DNA from: Nemertoderma westbladi
Taxonomy: Eukaryota > Animalia > Xenacoelomorpha
Reading direction: 5' to 3'
Length of the DNA stretch: 64,000 bases
Assembly (NCBI GenBank): GCA_032718475.1
Contig: JAUCBJ010008665.1
Coordinates: 9,762 to 73,761, forward strand
Positions 37,025-49,158 of this stretch are shown here, one piece after another. Each line of letters begins with the position of its first letter. Positions within the stretch are counted from its first letter, which is position 1. Position numbers and translations under genes: made by a program. The notes below the pieces were generated by a model. The model searched no databases, was not told the DNA's origin, and saw only the letters and a program-made list of their open reading frames with translations.

Positions 37025-38047
37025 TATTAACTTACTATTGTCCCAAATTGGATATTATTCAAAATAAATAAAAATTACAAACTTTGGCACGTCTGCCAAA
37101 ACTGTAATGTCAGTATATAATCAACCACCAAGGTATATTATTGTAGTACTGTGTAATATTCGCATTCCACATATATAAAATAAACATATAGGGTAAACCC
37201 AAATAATTTATTCAGTCACACTGCAGGTTGAATTTGCTACATTTCTGCATTGATAAATTCGTAACTCAACCATATATATATATATTACAGTATTTAATTA
37301 ATTTCCATACCGGTACCCATATAACTCAAAATACTGGAATTCCAATTTAATTACAATTACTTAGTCGACTTAGGCCTCTTTTAACTGCATCTATAATGCT
37401 GTATGCTGATTGAAACTTGAAAGCGGATGGGTCGTCCTGCCCTATTCAATGCACTTTCACAAATAAATTATTTTCATAGTAACTCATTCAAATACGAAGT
37501 AGGTTTGCCATTTACCAGGCTATATAGCCTGTACGCAGTGGCGTTATCCTTCTTCCTGTACGGTAACCAGGTAACTATACTTATTCCAATATTAGGGCGG
37601 TCACCCTACACCCTAATAAAATATTCTGTCTTAATTTCTTCAATAACAGGAATAACGTAGCCTATTCGGGATGTGTTAAGTTAGGCAGTTAGGTACAATG
37701 GCCCAATGGCCAAATTAATTTCAATTTTGGTTTAAATACAATATTCGCTGAATATCGGGCTTTCTGCCTTCACCATACAGTCAAGACATCATCAGTACAG
37801 CAGTAAGTAGATGTAGCTGTGAAGGATTGAACCAGCAATTAAGCCTACCGGTACCGGTACTGATTTCATCACCAGTCAGCCAGTAAATTAAACAAAACCA
37901 AATACAGAAATAATGCCATCAGTACAGCCGTAATATCTGAATATACCGGTCTGCCATAGGTACACCAAACCTGAATTACTGAATCGATATCTTCTCCCTT
38001 AGTCAGCCTTTCTTGCAAACGTAAATACAGTGTAGAAAGTGATCTTT

Positions 38048-38061
38048 ACCCAGGGACGCCA
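38048..38061 (-). promoter_or_regulatory. Primer-binding site complementary to the tRNA-Asn 3' end
   Basis: Plus strand ACCCAGGGACGCCA abuts the LTR and equals the 3' end (with CCA) of animal tRNA-Asn(GTT) as I recall it. Confidence 0.8.
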
Positions 38062-38344
38062 TGTTATAATCATAAAGTAGAAGTAACTGAAGTATAGAAA
38101 AAGTAAGCTACATACTGACATATGCGAAATATTGATATCCATCCAATCCAAACAAAGTATATCAAAATCAACACAGTCTAACCGTACTACCGGTACATAA
38201 ACATACTGATGACATACCAGTAATCATCCATCCAAATCACCTCTACCGTACTACCGGTACCCTCCTGCAATACCATGTCTCGAGTCAGGCCATGTCCAGG
38301 CCCTCATCCGGTCAGTTAGGTCCTAAAATATACTCAACACTGAC

Positions 38345-38705
38345 TATTATGGGAGTAACCTGGGACAGCATGGGGGTGGACTGGGGCAATGCGGGGAAGG
38401 GACTGGATACTGTGGGAATAACCTGGGACAGCATGGGGATGGACTGGGACAATGCGGGGAAGGGACTGAATACTGTGAGAGTAACCTGGGATAGCATGGG
38501 GATGGACTGGGACAATGCAGGGAAGGGACTGGATACTGTGGGAGTAATATGGGTCAGCATGGAGATGGACTGGGACAATGCCGGGAAGGGACTGGCTACT
38601 ATGGGAGTAACCTGGGATGCATGGGGGTGGACTGGGACAATGTGGGGAAGGGACTGGACACTGTGGGAGTAACCTGGGACAACAAGGGGATGGACTGGGA
38701 AAATG
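38345..38705. repeat. 63-bp G-rich minisatellite inside the CRE RT (right part)
   Basis: Same unit as 28800-29520, on the other side of the Gypsy insertion. Confidence 0.95.
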
Positions 38706-41700
38706 CGGAGGCTGATTGAGTTGCACTACGACCCTCCGGGGCACCACTGAGAGATACACTGTCAGATGGACTATGGGCGATGGTGCGCGAATTGAGAGAC
38801 GAATCTGAGGAAGCCAATACTGGTTCACAGTGTAGGGAGCGTACCATAGGCAGGGACCCGCATCCATACGCCAGCATAGCGAGTGGATCTCCCTGCGTCA
38901 TGCCCTCTCTGCTCCACAGTGGGGGGTTGTTGCCATCGAGGTACAATGCGGCGTGACCATTATACGCATTGTAGAGAAACCTCGAACATCTCGGCCAAAG
39001 TACTCTGCAATTCCACAGTATCACGGGACAGCTGAGGCTGTTAAATGCATTGCGGGCGTCTACTAGAATCATGGCCTTGGTGGATTCATCATCGAATATC
39101 GAGACCATCGCATGGATGGCGCCCTCTATTCCGGCCTTCACCCCGGCACACAATTGGTCTGCACCGCACTGAGTTACAATGTCAGTCTTTATTGCCATCG
39201 CCATGCTGACTGCGAGGAGTCTAAAGAGAACCCCCCCCCCTACGCCAATCGGACGGACCCCGGGCTGTTTGTCCAATCCAACCAAACGGCATGCTCGAAG
39301 CACACGGATCTCCCCCCACGGTACAATGGTGTTACACAGACGTCGTGCCAACCCCGCCACAACTTCGCGCAACCGCGAACTATGGGCCTGGTATCGAGTC
39401 AGCAGTGCGTGCCAGAACTCACCATCCCCTCCGACAGGGCCAGCACAACTGCACAGAGCTCGTGCCGCCTTGAGGATGAGCTGTCCAGTCACATCAACAC
39501 CCTCGAGTGGGGGCAAATCGCTGCAAGAATCAAAACTGTCAGGGGAGACATCCATCTGTGGAGGGTGTTTCTGTTCCAGAACATCTCGTACGGTAATGCC
39601 TAGCGGCTGACCCTCAGCTTGGTCCTCGGGGTTGAGAACACCTCCGCAGTCACGATCTGTGACTGTCCGCACAGCTGACCAGTTCATGTTGGCAAGGACC
39701 TTTCGATCGAGGATGCTGGAAGACCGGGGATGTGTTCCCGGAAGTTGCACCCCTTCCGGTCGCGAATTTGCTACTGCACCGCACGGCCTCAACAAGTAGG
39801 GCCCCAAAGTCACCATGTTCCCACGTTTCTAATCGCCTTAGGAGGGTACGCCGCACATCTGGGGTCTTCACGACATCCGGGTCACGTTGAAAAATCTTAG
39901 CGATGAAGCAAAGAGGTCGCTCTGAAGGATAAACTCCTTCACACAGTTTTGCCAGCTCCTTTGTTATGTCGTCAACTATCTTGCGTCCGAGATTGCCCCC
40001 AGGGACAATATAGCGGCGGTTTGGTAGACGACATAGACGACGATGATGACTCTCCCAGGTAGGATCGGGTGAAGAACCCGGAGTATTCAGCCAGGACCCG
40101 CCGAAAGCGGCTTCCAAACGTTCGGAAGTGGAAGGAGGCGGTGGGATGCAGTCCGTGCCACTCGCCACCGCCGGTGGGGCAGCCGACTGCTCAACTACAG
40201 TGGTGTCCAACTCCGTGTCACTGCTCTCACTCAACGAAGGCGTTGATGTGGCGGACCCGGAAAGTGAATCGTCAAATACAATGTTTGCCATATTGGTAGG
40301 CAACGTGGGAGGTACAACCGGGTTCTTATGCCTGCTAATTTCCATTGGGACACACCGGGTACACTGGCGGTTTGCGCGAACACACCCACATCGACTAGTG
40401 GGACCACAACCACTGGCTGCACACTGGCAGCACCGCTGCGACATCTGTGACATCGCCACCCAATATAAACAAATAACAGTCTTATGATATATCAGTATAA
40501 CTCAGTAGTATAGCAGTATAGCAGAGTTTTGTTTTAAACATAAAAATCGTAATCGTAAATAAATAAACGTAATTATTATTAGAACCGAGTTATTTGATTT
40601 ATTTGAAAGTAAATTTATTTTGTTATTTCACATCGCCCTATTTCTTCTACAATTGGAGCGAAACATTACTTGTTTCCCTTGGAGCGGTGTTACGATATAT
40701 GGCGCTGTGTACTAGAACAGCCCATTATACAGTACAGAGCAATTAGATAAATTATATCGATGTACGGCATTCGTTAGATAGGGAAAATAAAATACACGAG
40801 TTTATATTATTCATCCGATTTTGTACAGTATATAGTCTTTCGTATGTAATTTTATAATAAATCTTTAGTATTTACATTTATGGTGGCAAACTTTCATAAA
40901 ACTTTAATATGAATTTGCCGTTTATTAATGCATATTTGTACTAATTTCTTTTATATTTCTCTACAAACTGGCGTTGTACTAAATTTATGCTAAATGTGCT
41001 TTAATAATCGCAAAATTAATGCTACAGCCATAAACCTATAAGCCCATCGAGACAGATTCATTACCATATATCGTAATAATTTGAGAAATGGGTGAAGGAA
41101 GGATCACAATCAGGCTCTCTCATTGGCCTAGCTATCTTAGGTTGGTCTAATGGTAGTAGATTTTGTTGGACCAATGATATAATCATTGCGTCATACCTAT
41201 ATTTTTACTCAGTGTACCTTTTTCAGTGTTCAGTGTATTAGTACACCGGTACAGCGGTACTGTGCACGTGTTAGCTTAGTTAGTTAGTACGCAAATTCGT
41301 ATTTTACGACACTGTAGTTTATTTAGCTAGAATTTAATTTAGTTAGAATAAAATTAACAGTTTGTACGCAGCATAGTGGAGAATAGTTGGGTAAATTACT
41401 CTTAGAAATACCGTAGAATATTCAACGCTAGGCGGTTATTTGAAAATAGCGGGTTAGCGGGCTGACAGTGGTTGCTAGTATATACAGTAGTAAGCTTGCT
41501 GGCCTAAAGCCAGCTTAAGGCCAAGTTTTGACATTAGGACGAATAAATAGCCCATCCCATTATAATATTAAAATATTCTCACATTCGACATAATCCAGCC
41601 CGATAACTTCCAGTATTTCTCTGTGATAAGTGAATGCCGAGTGCTAGACCACCCGCACTCATTTTAAGTAGCTTAGGGAGCCATTTCAGATTTATTGTTT

Positions 41701-42482
41701 TGGTTGCTGCTGTTTTGGCTTATAGATTCGAACAGTTAGCTCTCTGTTGAGAAATCAACAGAGAAAGGAGCGAGTGATTGTCAGAGCCGTATAGTTCGTA
41801 ATAGTAAATTGTTCTTAGGAAATGGTTCTGAAGGTTCTGCTTGTGTTTGTTAGCTTATTCAATCCCGCCAACACCCCATAAAGTTATCAGCCGATAAGCA
41901 ATATTGGGGGCCACGAGATTGGGCAATAAGAGTGGGAAGGAAGCACACAATAGAGGGTCAGGGGCCAAACCCCTAACCCAGAGAGAACAGGTGGAGTGAA
42001 CGGGAATACTCCACGGGGCGCCAACAAGGGTATTAACCAATCAGAGGGGGGAATGGCATCGATTGAGTAGCAGTAAGGCCACCGTGCAATATAACCAATA
42101 ACCTATTAATCAGTGATTCAGTTATCTCAGTGCAGCAGTGCTAGCGTAGGGTACAGCCAATTAGTTTAGTTAGGGGATCACGGGACTTTAGTTACCGTAT
42201 CCCGCCTTGTACACATTCACAATATATCTATATCTTATAACCTCTTATTATACACCGAACTTCAGAACTCAATTATCTTTACTTCACCCTTACACACGGC
42301 GGGGACGCGTGGACTAAATACCACACCGGATAAATCGGGATCCCTCCTGGATCCCGTCACAGTAACTAAATCGGTGTTGCTTCCCCAGCTAAACTCAGTA
42401 ACTAAATCCGAGCTGCCGCCCTAGTTAAACTCTAAGAACTACCGGTACAACCTAGCTAGCCGAATCATCAGCCACAAACGAG

Positions 42483-45400
42483 ATGAGTGAATCGGGCGAG
42501 ACACCGACGCGGACCCCGGACGAAGACCTAACGATCCGCGAGGCCGCGACCAAGCGATACAGGCCCACGACGCCGGAGCCATCGATAACGGGCGAACCGG
42601 AAGTCCAGGACGAGGAGGGCCTGGAACCCGAAGTCGAACCAAGAGAGAAAGAGAGCGAGATGGAGGGAGATGGAGACGAGTCGACACGAGAGGGAGAACG
42701 GCGCGCCGATGTCGCCGGCCAGCTACCGGCCGAGGGCGACGGGCGGCCCACCGAAACGGCGACGGTGGGGCCGACGGTGCGACGCCGGACGCGAAGAGAC
42801 GGAGGAGAGATCGGTACCGATGTCGCCGGCCAGCTACAGGCCGAGGGCGACGGACGGCCCACCGGAACGGCCACGGTGGAGCCGCCGGTACGACGTCGAA
42901 CCCGGAGGGACGGAGGAGAGGTCGGCGACGAGGACGTCGGGGTTTCTGAGCGACTTCGACGGGCCTACAACGCGACCCGGAAGCTGATAAACGACGCCAA
43001 GAAGGAAGGGGCGAAGGTAGACGAGGTGAGACTGAGAAAGCGACTAGGTGAGTCGGATAAACACTTAAACTACCTAATACGTTTTGGGCAGAGAGAACTG
43101 GCCGGGGAGAGAGCAGAAAGGATAGCCGGCGAACTGTTTGAACTATGGGAGTGTGGGAGTATGGGACCTAGCGTAGCGCCAGTGTACATAGGGCCATACT
43201 TGGTCGATGCCCGGGGAGTGAAACCAGTGGGTTGGAAGGGACCTGAAGAGGGCGAATCCGAGGTTAACACCGAGGATTCGGCCTCGTCGGTCGGAGAAAG
43301 CTCCGAAAAGGGGGAGAAAGTTAGTAGGTCGGGAAGGCGGGGGAAGTCCGTCGTAACCGATAAGTCTGCTACATCCTCCGCGAAAGAAAGAGCGGTGAGA
43401 AAAATAGGGGCCACGTACCGTCTCAGCATGGCAGAGCAAGGTCAGAGAGAAATGAAGGAACGGCTAGAGGAGGGAAGAGTGCGGTTAGAGAGGGAAACGG
43501 TATTGCTTAGAGAAACCGGAGAAAGGGCCGAAAGGGCTTTGAAAAGCCTAAGGGAGTATGATGAGATAGAGGAAAGGGAGTATAGGGAGCGTGAAGCGAG
43601 AGAGGAAAAGGAACGCGAGGAGCGTGAAGCGAGAGAGGAAAAGGAACGCGAGGAGCGTGAGGCGAGAATGGAAAAGGAACGCAAGGAGCGTGAGGCGGAA
43701 CGCAAGGAGCGTGAGGCGGGAATGGAAAAGGAACGCAAGGAGCGTGAGGCGGGAAAAGAAAAGGAACGCAAGGAGCGTGAGGCGAGAAAGGAAGAGGAAC
43801 GTAAAGAGCGTGGGGCGAGACGAAGGGAGAGCATTAAGAGTGCCGCAGACTCGGCCATCAAGGACACCCAGGAGCGTGAGGGGATAGTGGCAAAGGGTGA
43901 AAAGGAGCGCAAGGAATTAAAGGAACGGCAGAGTGAGTATGCGAAAAATATAATTAGAGGGACGCACGAGTTGGAATATGTGCGAGTGGGACCGCCGTCT
44001 GAAACTGGGGCCGGCTCGAGTATTTTTGAGGAGCCGAGGGCCGTAGACGTATTTGTTAATACTCCACTGACAGGGACCGCACGACAGACTCAAGACTGGT
44101 GCGACCGTACGAGCGGGGGGGGGGGGGGTAATGATAATAATAATGGTACAGTAGACGTTGTCGATATTAATAGTACCGTATGGGATAACGCTAATCAAAC
44201 CTTTATTACAGGAAATACTTTGCCTGGTGGTAGTAATTTAAATTTAAATCAGAACAATCCCAGTGTTAATGTAGAAAATAATCCTAATGTTGATGTAGTT
44301 ACGCAAAATAATTCAAATAATCAAAATAATAACTCGAATTCGGACCTACAAAATAACTTAAATAACGCGATTACACAGAATAATTCGAATAATTCAAATA
44401 ATGATCTTAGCCCGAATTTACAAAATAATTCAGATAACGTAGTCGCGCAGAATAATACAAATGATTTTGTTTCAAATGAGCAAATTAATTCCGTTTCCAA
44501 TATGGGTGCTATTAGTGTAGACACGTCGGGCCTACGTAACCAGGGAGCAGAGGGCCTGGTAGGCCACGTAGTTAGTAGACAGAGAGCAGAGGGCCTGGTA
44601 GGCCACGTAGTTGGTAGGCAGGTAGCGGAGGGCCTGGAAGGCCACGCAATAGCAGAGGGAGAGGCGGGGGTGAATAGACCCGACTGTGGTAGGGTTGATG
44701 TGTCGACTAGAGAGATATATAGTAGCGGGGCGAGAGGTAGCGAACTTAGATGTAGCGAGTGGGGGGGGGGCTACGAGCACCCCACAACAGAAAGTTAGCG
44801 GCGAGAGGGGGGGGGGGGGCAGAGAGTGTCCCACAGCCGTCAGCGGACAATGCGAGGGCCGAACAAGGTAAACCGCAACAACCGGCGATGGAGAGTAATA
44901 GGGGGATTGCGAGTATCCCCGGCGACGTGCGATCGACCAGAGAAAGACAGGTCGACGTCGCAGGAGGGCAGACGGAGCGTCGAGCCCGATCAGAGGAGGA
45001 AAGAAGAACAGTGGGGTTTAACCGGGAGGTCGACGAGAGATCTCGTGAGCGGGAATATTCCACTGATAGGAGAAGAGAGGAAGAGAGTAGTAGAAGTATC
45101 GCCGCAAACGATAGAAGAGCGAGGACGGATAGCGAGCCGTCGGTAGTCGAGGTGAGAACGGAGAGTCAGTGGGGTCGGACTCCGGGAGATTGCCGTCGCC
45201 CCGGAGGGATGCGATCCTGTGAGACGCATTACGCACCGAGAGAGGGGTACGCGATGTACCGGTACGAAGATGAAAACAGTGGAGAGGGGGGTTGAAGAGA
45301 AACTTTCCGACGGAATATACCTACCGATCGAGAATACGGTAGCCGCGGGGAGGATTATTCGAGAAGAATAAACTTCGATCCCGAGCAACACATGCAGACT

Positions 45401-45760
45401 GTAGGGCATACTGTAGGTCTTACTGCACATACCGTAGGCCATACTGAGAGAGGCGATGTAGGCGATAGGATAGCGCGGACAACGGGATTAAACCCAGAAG
45501 TCGCGGAATACATACCGGCGAGTAGGCCAGAAGCTGATAGGCCTATACCAGTACCAGCACAGCAGTATGACTACAGCATGCAGGGACATAACATATACCC
45601 AGGGGAGGGGGGAATTATTGCGGATAGGTGTATGGGCCCCAACATATTAACATCAACCCCAGTACCAGACATACCGGTGGGGGGGGGGGACAGGGTGACA
45701 TTCCCCCATCACAATATCAACAATATACCCCGACAGGAACAAGAACAACGAGACCCCTAG
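42483..45760 (+). pseudogene. Long low-complexity/coiled-coil N-terminal part of BEL/Pao Gag (frameshifted)
   Basis: ORFs 42483-44798, 44759-45295 and 45392-45760 chain via a G-run frameshift and one in-frame TGA; E/R-rich and N-rich tracts. Confidence 0.75.
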
Positions 45761-48414
45761 ATGAAAACAGGTCGTGTGATACAGACATATGGAGGGGGCC
45801 GCTACCCCCGATGACATATCCGAGTCAGAGAAGATCAAGAAATAGGACGGACGAACCGCATCAGACAAGGGAAACTATACAGCACCCGTCGAATCCATTA
45901 GAAGCGCAGGCAATGGGGATGGCCACGTTGATCGATGCGTTGAAAACGAGGATCGAATTACCACCCGTGGAACCGTTCAAATTCGATGGGAGCAGGCCGG
46001 AAGAATACTTACAGTTTCGGCGAATGTATAGTAACGAAATACTAACAAAAAACTTGACGCAGGCGGAGTGCCTAAAGTATCTACAAGTGTACACGGGAGG
46101 CCCAGCATACGACATCGTGAGGCAATACCAAGGAATAGAGGGCGGCTTCACGACAGCATGGCGGGCACTGGATAGGGAATACGGGCACCCGGCAAAGATC
46201 ATCAGGCAAACGCTGAGAGGCATAACATCGGGTGGCCTACAGGATAATCCCGTTAGCATTAAGACGTTTGCTAACAAAGTCGAGAAGGCGCTGATCGTGC
46301 TGAAGACGTTAGACGCGCCATACGAACTCAACGCGTCCAATAACATCACCACGATAGCGCAGGCACTACCGAGCTGGCTGCGCAACAAATGGAGGAAGGT
46401 TGCTTTCTCCACCCGAGACAAGAAGGGTGCGGAACCAGGTTTAGAAGAAATGTCAAACTTCTTAAATTACGAGGCTGAACTAATAACGGACCCAGTCTAT
46501 AGTGAAGATAGCCTGGGAAAGGGACCAAAGACAGATCACTACAGGCCCAAACCAGAGCACAATACATCGAACGCGCTACCGAGACTCAGGCAATCATTGC
46601 CATATGCAGCGACGCAGGGGACTGCAAGTCCACAGACAAGCGAAGATAAGACAACATCAAGGGACGGACAGGGGAACAATAACAACATGAATAAACATAA
46701 CCCCAGTACGTCCAGTAGGTCAAACCCAGTCAATAAGAATAGTAGGGACTTTGGTACGAATATAACTGCGATACGCAATGCATTGTATAAAGAGGGCTAT
46801 GACCCAAAGAGCAAATGCCAGTTACACGCAAATGCGCTTCATAAAACCATGAACTGCAGGTACTGGCAGGCGCTACCGAGGCAAGACCAGATAGATTACG
46901 CGTCGAGCAATAAAATCTGCTCGCGATGTGTGAAAAGTGGACACAAGGCCAGGGAATGCCAAGAGAAACCGGTCAAGTTTGGCCAAAGGAGAGGCCAGAC
47001 GATGGCAACGAGCACAGTAAGGGCGAAGAAGAGAGGAACAGTGCTACTTGGAGTAGTACCAGTACGAGTGATCGGGGAAGGCAATCGATCAGTAACAACA
47101 CTAATGCTGGTTGATAGTGGAGCTGCCTTCACATTAGTTGAGGAATGGGTAGCCGAAGAAATAGGGTTGAGAACGAGGCCAAGCAGGATGGCGGTGACAA
47201 CCATCTCTAGCAAAGACGAGATCCTAGAGATGAGGACAGGACGGTGCGCAATTGCAGCAGTGGCACCAGGATGCGATTATGGGGCAACCATCGACCCCAT
47301 CCAAGTAATAGAGTCAATTAACATCAATGCCAGGCGGCCAACCAACATCGAGGTCGAGCAATACAAATTCCTGGACAACATTGACTTCTCAATCCCAGAC
47401 GTGGACGTTAGGAAGGTATCCATCATAGTAGGCATGGACTGCCCAACGGCCCACGAGAGAATGCAAACGGTCTTCGGCGAAGACAAGCAGAGCGACCCGG
47501 TGGCCATACTAACACCATTCGGGTGGACACTGACAGGCCCAATTAAGAGTAATATACCATTCCATGTGTCCGAGAGTTCAGGATGCATGGTTCCAGGAAC
47601 TGACGAGATAGAGGAGAGGCCAGAGATGGGCAATAGTGGTAGACAGCTAAAAGTAGAAGCAACACCAAGAGAGTGGGCGGAGGAGAATGGTATGGATGCA
47701 GAAGATCTAGAGACGATGGGTTGGAATAAGGGTCCCAGCAAGTATCGGTATGGAGATGGGGAGGAGCGGACGGTGGAGTGTCGGGAGGACAAACCGGAGA
47801 AGTGTCCGGTGGAGTGTCCAGAGGAGTGCCCGGAAGAGACGCCGGTCCGGTTGAGAGGCATACCGACAAGGGGGAAGCCGAGTAAGAATACAAGATGGAA
47901 AGGGAGAAGATGTGAGACGATCAGACCAGGGGCAGAGAAGCCCATGAATAAACATATGGTGGACAAAGGAGGCGGGAGAGTAGGAGGCGTGCTGCGTACG
48001 CACGCGGAACTGACAGAGTGCGAGGGGGCATTACATGGGCAGACATCGAGTACACCGAAGGACGAACGGGGGTCGTTGAAGCCTTTAATGCCAGCACACA
48101 TATTAAGGGGGAGGCCAGCAGAGGTGGCATCTAAGATTAAGGAGAAGAACAGGGGCGGCATTATACCGCCGGGTGACACGTTGAAGGGTGGCACTTTGCC
48201 GCCAAGGGACGACCACGAGATCAGAAACATAAATAGGAGACAGCATTTGCCAAAACAGGAGAAAAGACCACCTATCGAATTGACAAGGAGAGTGGAGCGA
48301 AGAATTAGAGAACCTATAGGGGGGCAGTGGGAGAGTTGCCTGCTGGAGGAATCACCCCTTGGGTCGCTGAGTTGTCCAACAGGTTGGACTGGGATGGAAG
48401 AGTTAGATCCGTAA
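45628..48414 (+). CDS. BEL/Pao Gag core (DUF1759-like), zinc knuckles, aspartic protease and integrase C-terminal remnant
   Basis: LPPVEPFKFDG..EEYLQF, CQLH..H..C, CSRC..GH..EC, VLLGVVPVRV, LVDSGA, IIVGMD, TPFGWTLTGP; then ELTECEG..LKPLMPAHILRG. No YxDD RT motif or RNase H seen. Confidence 0.88.
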   Translation: MYGPQHININPSTRHTGGGGGQGDIPPSQYQQYTPTGTRTTRPLDENRSCDTDIWRGPLPPMTYPSQRRSRNRTDEPHQTRETIQHPSNPLEAQAMGMATLIDALKTRIELPPVEPFKFDGSRPEEYLQFRRMYSNEILTKNLTQAECLKYLQVYTGGPAYDIVRQYQGIEGGFTTAWRALDREYGHPAKIIRQTLRGITSGGLQDNPVSIKTFANKVEKALIVLKTLDAPYELNASNNITTIAQALPSWLRNKWRKVAFSTRDKKGAEPGLEEMSNFLNYEAELITDPVYSEDSLGKGPKTDHYRPKPEHNTSNALPRLRQSLPYAATQGTASPQTSEDKTTSRDGQGNNNNMNKHNPSTSSRSNPVNKNSRDFGTNITAIRNALYKEGYDPKSKCQLHANALHKTMNCRYWQALPRQDQIDYASSNKICSRCVKSGHKARECQEKPVKFGQRRGQTMATSTVRAKKRGTVLLGVVPVRVIGEGNRSVTTLMLVDSGAAFTLVEEWVAEEIGLRTRPSRMAVTTISSKDEILEMRTGRCAIAAVAPGCDYGATIDPIQVIESININARRPTNIEVEQYKFLDNIDFSIPDVDVRKVSIIVGMDCPTAHERMQTVFGEDKQSDPVAILTPFGWTLTGPIKSNIPFHVSESSGCMVPGTDEIEERPEMGNSGRQLKVEATPREWAEENGMDAEDLETMGWNKGPSKYRYGDGEERTVECREDKPEKCPVECPEECPEETPVRLRGIPTRGKPSKNTRWKGRRCETIRPGAEKPMNKHMVDKGGGRVGGVLRTHAELTECEGALHGQTSSTPKDERGSLKPLMPAHILRGRPAEVASKIKEKNRGGIIPPGDTLKGGTLPPRDDHEIRNINRRQHLPKQEKRPPIELTRRVERRIREPIGGQWESCLLEESPLGSLSCPTGWTGMEELDP

Positions 48415-48571
48415 AAGGTGCGGGCAGAGGTGTTACCTGTCTCTTAGAAGGAGCACCTTAGAGCGGAGTTAGAGTGAAGTTTAGTCGTCCAAGTTTTGGA
48501 CTGAGGGGGGTGGGATTGAGGGCGAGACGCCCTTCCCACACAAATAAAATAAAATAAAAAATAAAAATAAA

Positions 48572-49158
48572 AGTTAGTTAGTTAGTAGGTACGTAGTACC
48601 TAGAGTTAGTTAGTCAGTAGGTACGTAGTACCTAGAGTTAGTTAGTCAGTAGGTACGTAGTACCTAGAGTTAGTTAGTTAGTAGGTACGTAGTACCTAGA
48701 GTTAGTTAGTAGGTACGTAGTACCTAGAGTTAGTTAGTAGGTACGTAGTACCTAGAGTTAGTTAGAGAGTTAGAGGGTACGTAGTACCGATAGTTAGAGT
48801 TAGAGGGTACGTAATGCCTAGTTAGAGTTAGAGTTAGAGGGTAGGTAGTACCGATAGAGTTAGAGTTAGTAGGTACGTAGTACCTAGTTAGAGTTAGAGT
48901 TAGAGGGTACGTAGTACCGATAGTTAGAGAGTTAGTAGGTACGTAGTACCTAGTTGGAGTTAGAGTTAGAGGGTACGTAATGCCTAGTTAGAGTTAGAGT
49001 TAGAGGGTAGGTAGTACCGATAGAGTTAGAGTTAGTAGGTACGTAGTACCTAGTTAGAGTTAGAGTTAGAGGGTACGTAGTACCGATAGTTAGAGAGTTA
49101 GTAGGTACGTAGTACCTAGTTAGAGTTAGAGTTAGAGGGTACGTAGTACCATTAGTTA
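48572..49158. repeat. Complex tandem array of AGGTAC-GTA-GTACCT hairpin units and GTTA/GAGTTA spacers
   Basis: Directly visible; about 18 units with higher-order duplication. Confidence 0.92.

Larger units (their letters stand above)
29524..38339 (-). mobile_element. Full-length but disabled Ty3/Gypsy LTR retrotransposon
   Basis: LTRs 38062-38339 (5') and 29524-29825 (3'), TG...CA; 4-bp TSD CTGA; PBS TGGCGTCCCTGGGT; PPT GGTGGAGGGGA; domain order gag-PR-RT-RH-IN. Confidence 0.96.
27100..40500 (-). mobile_element. CRE-like non-LTR retrotransposon (RT plus restriction-like endonuclease), frameshifted and split by a Gypsy insertion
   Basis: N-terminal Cys cluster (40459); DKQPGVRPIGVG, VDARNAFNS, QGDPLAM (38599-39816); WYADD (~28730); REL motifs RADLVVRGVW..ASFDIAI and FTPLV (27213-27785). 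Outer ends are approximate. Confidence 0.88.

Noticed and set aside
43070-48230. Antisense ORFs over the BEL/Pao and CRE coding regions, and ORFs within repeat arrays
   Set aside because: Shadow ORFs caused by GC-rich or low-complexity sequence; no independent motifs.
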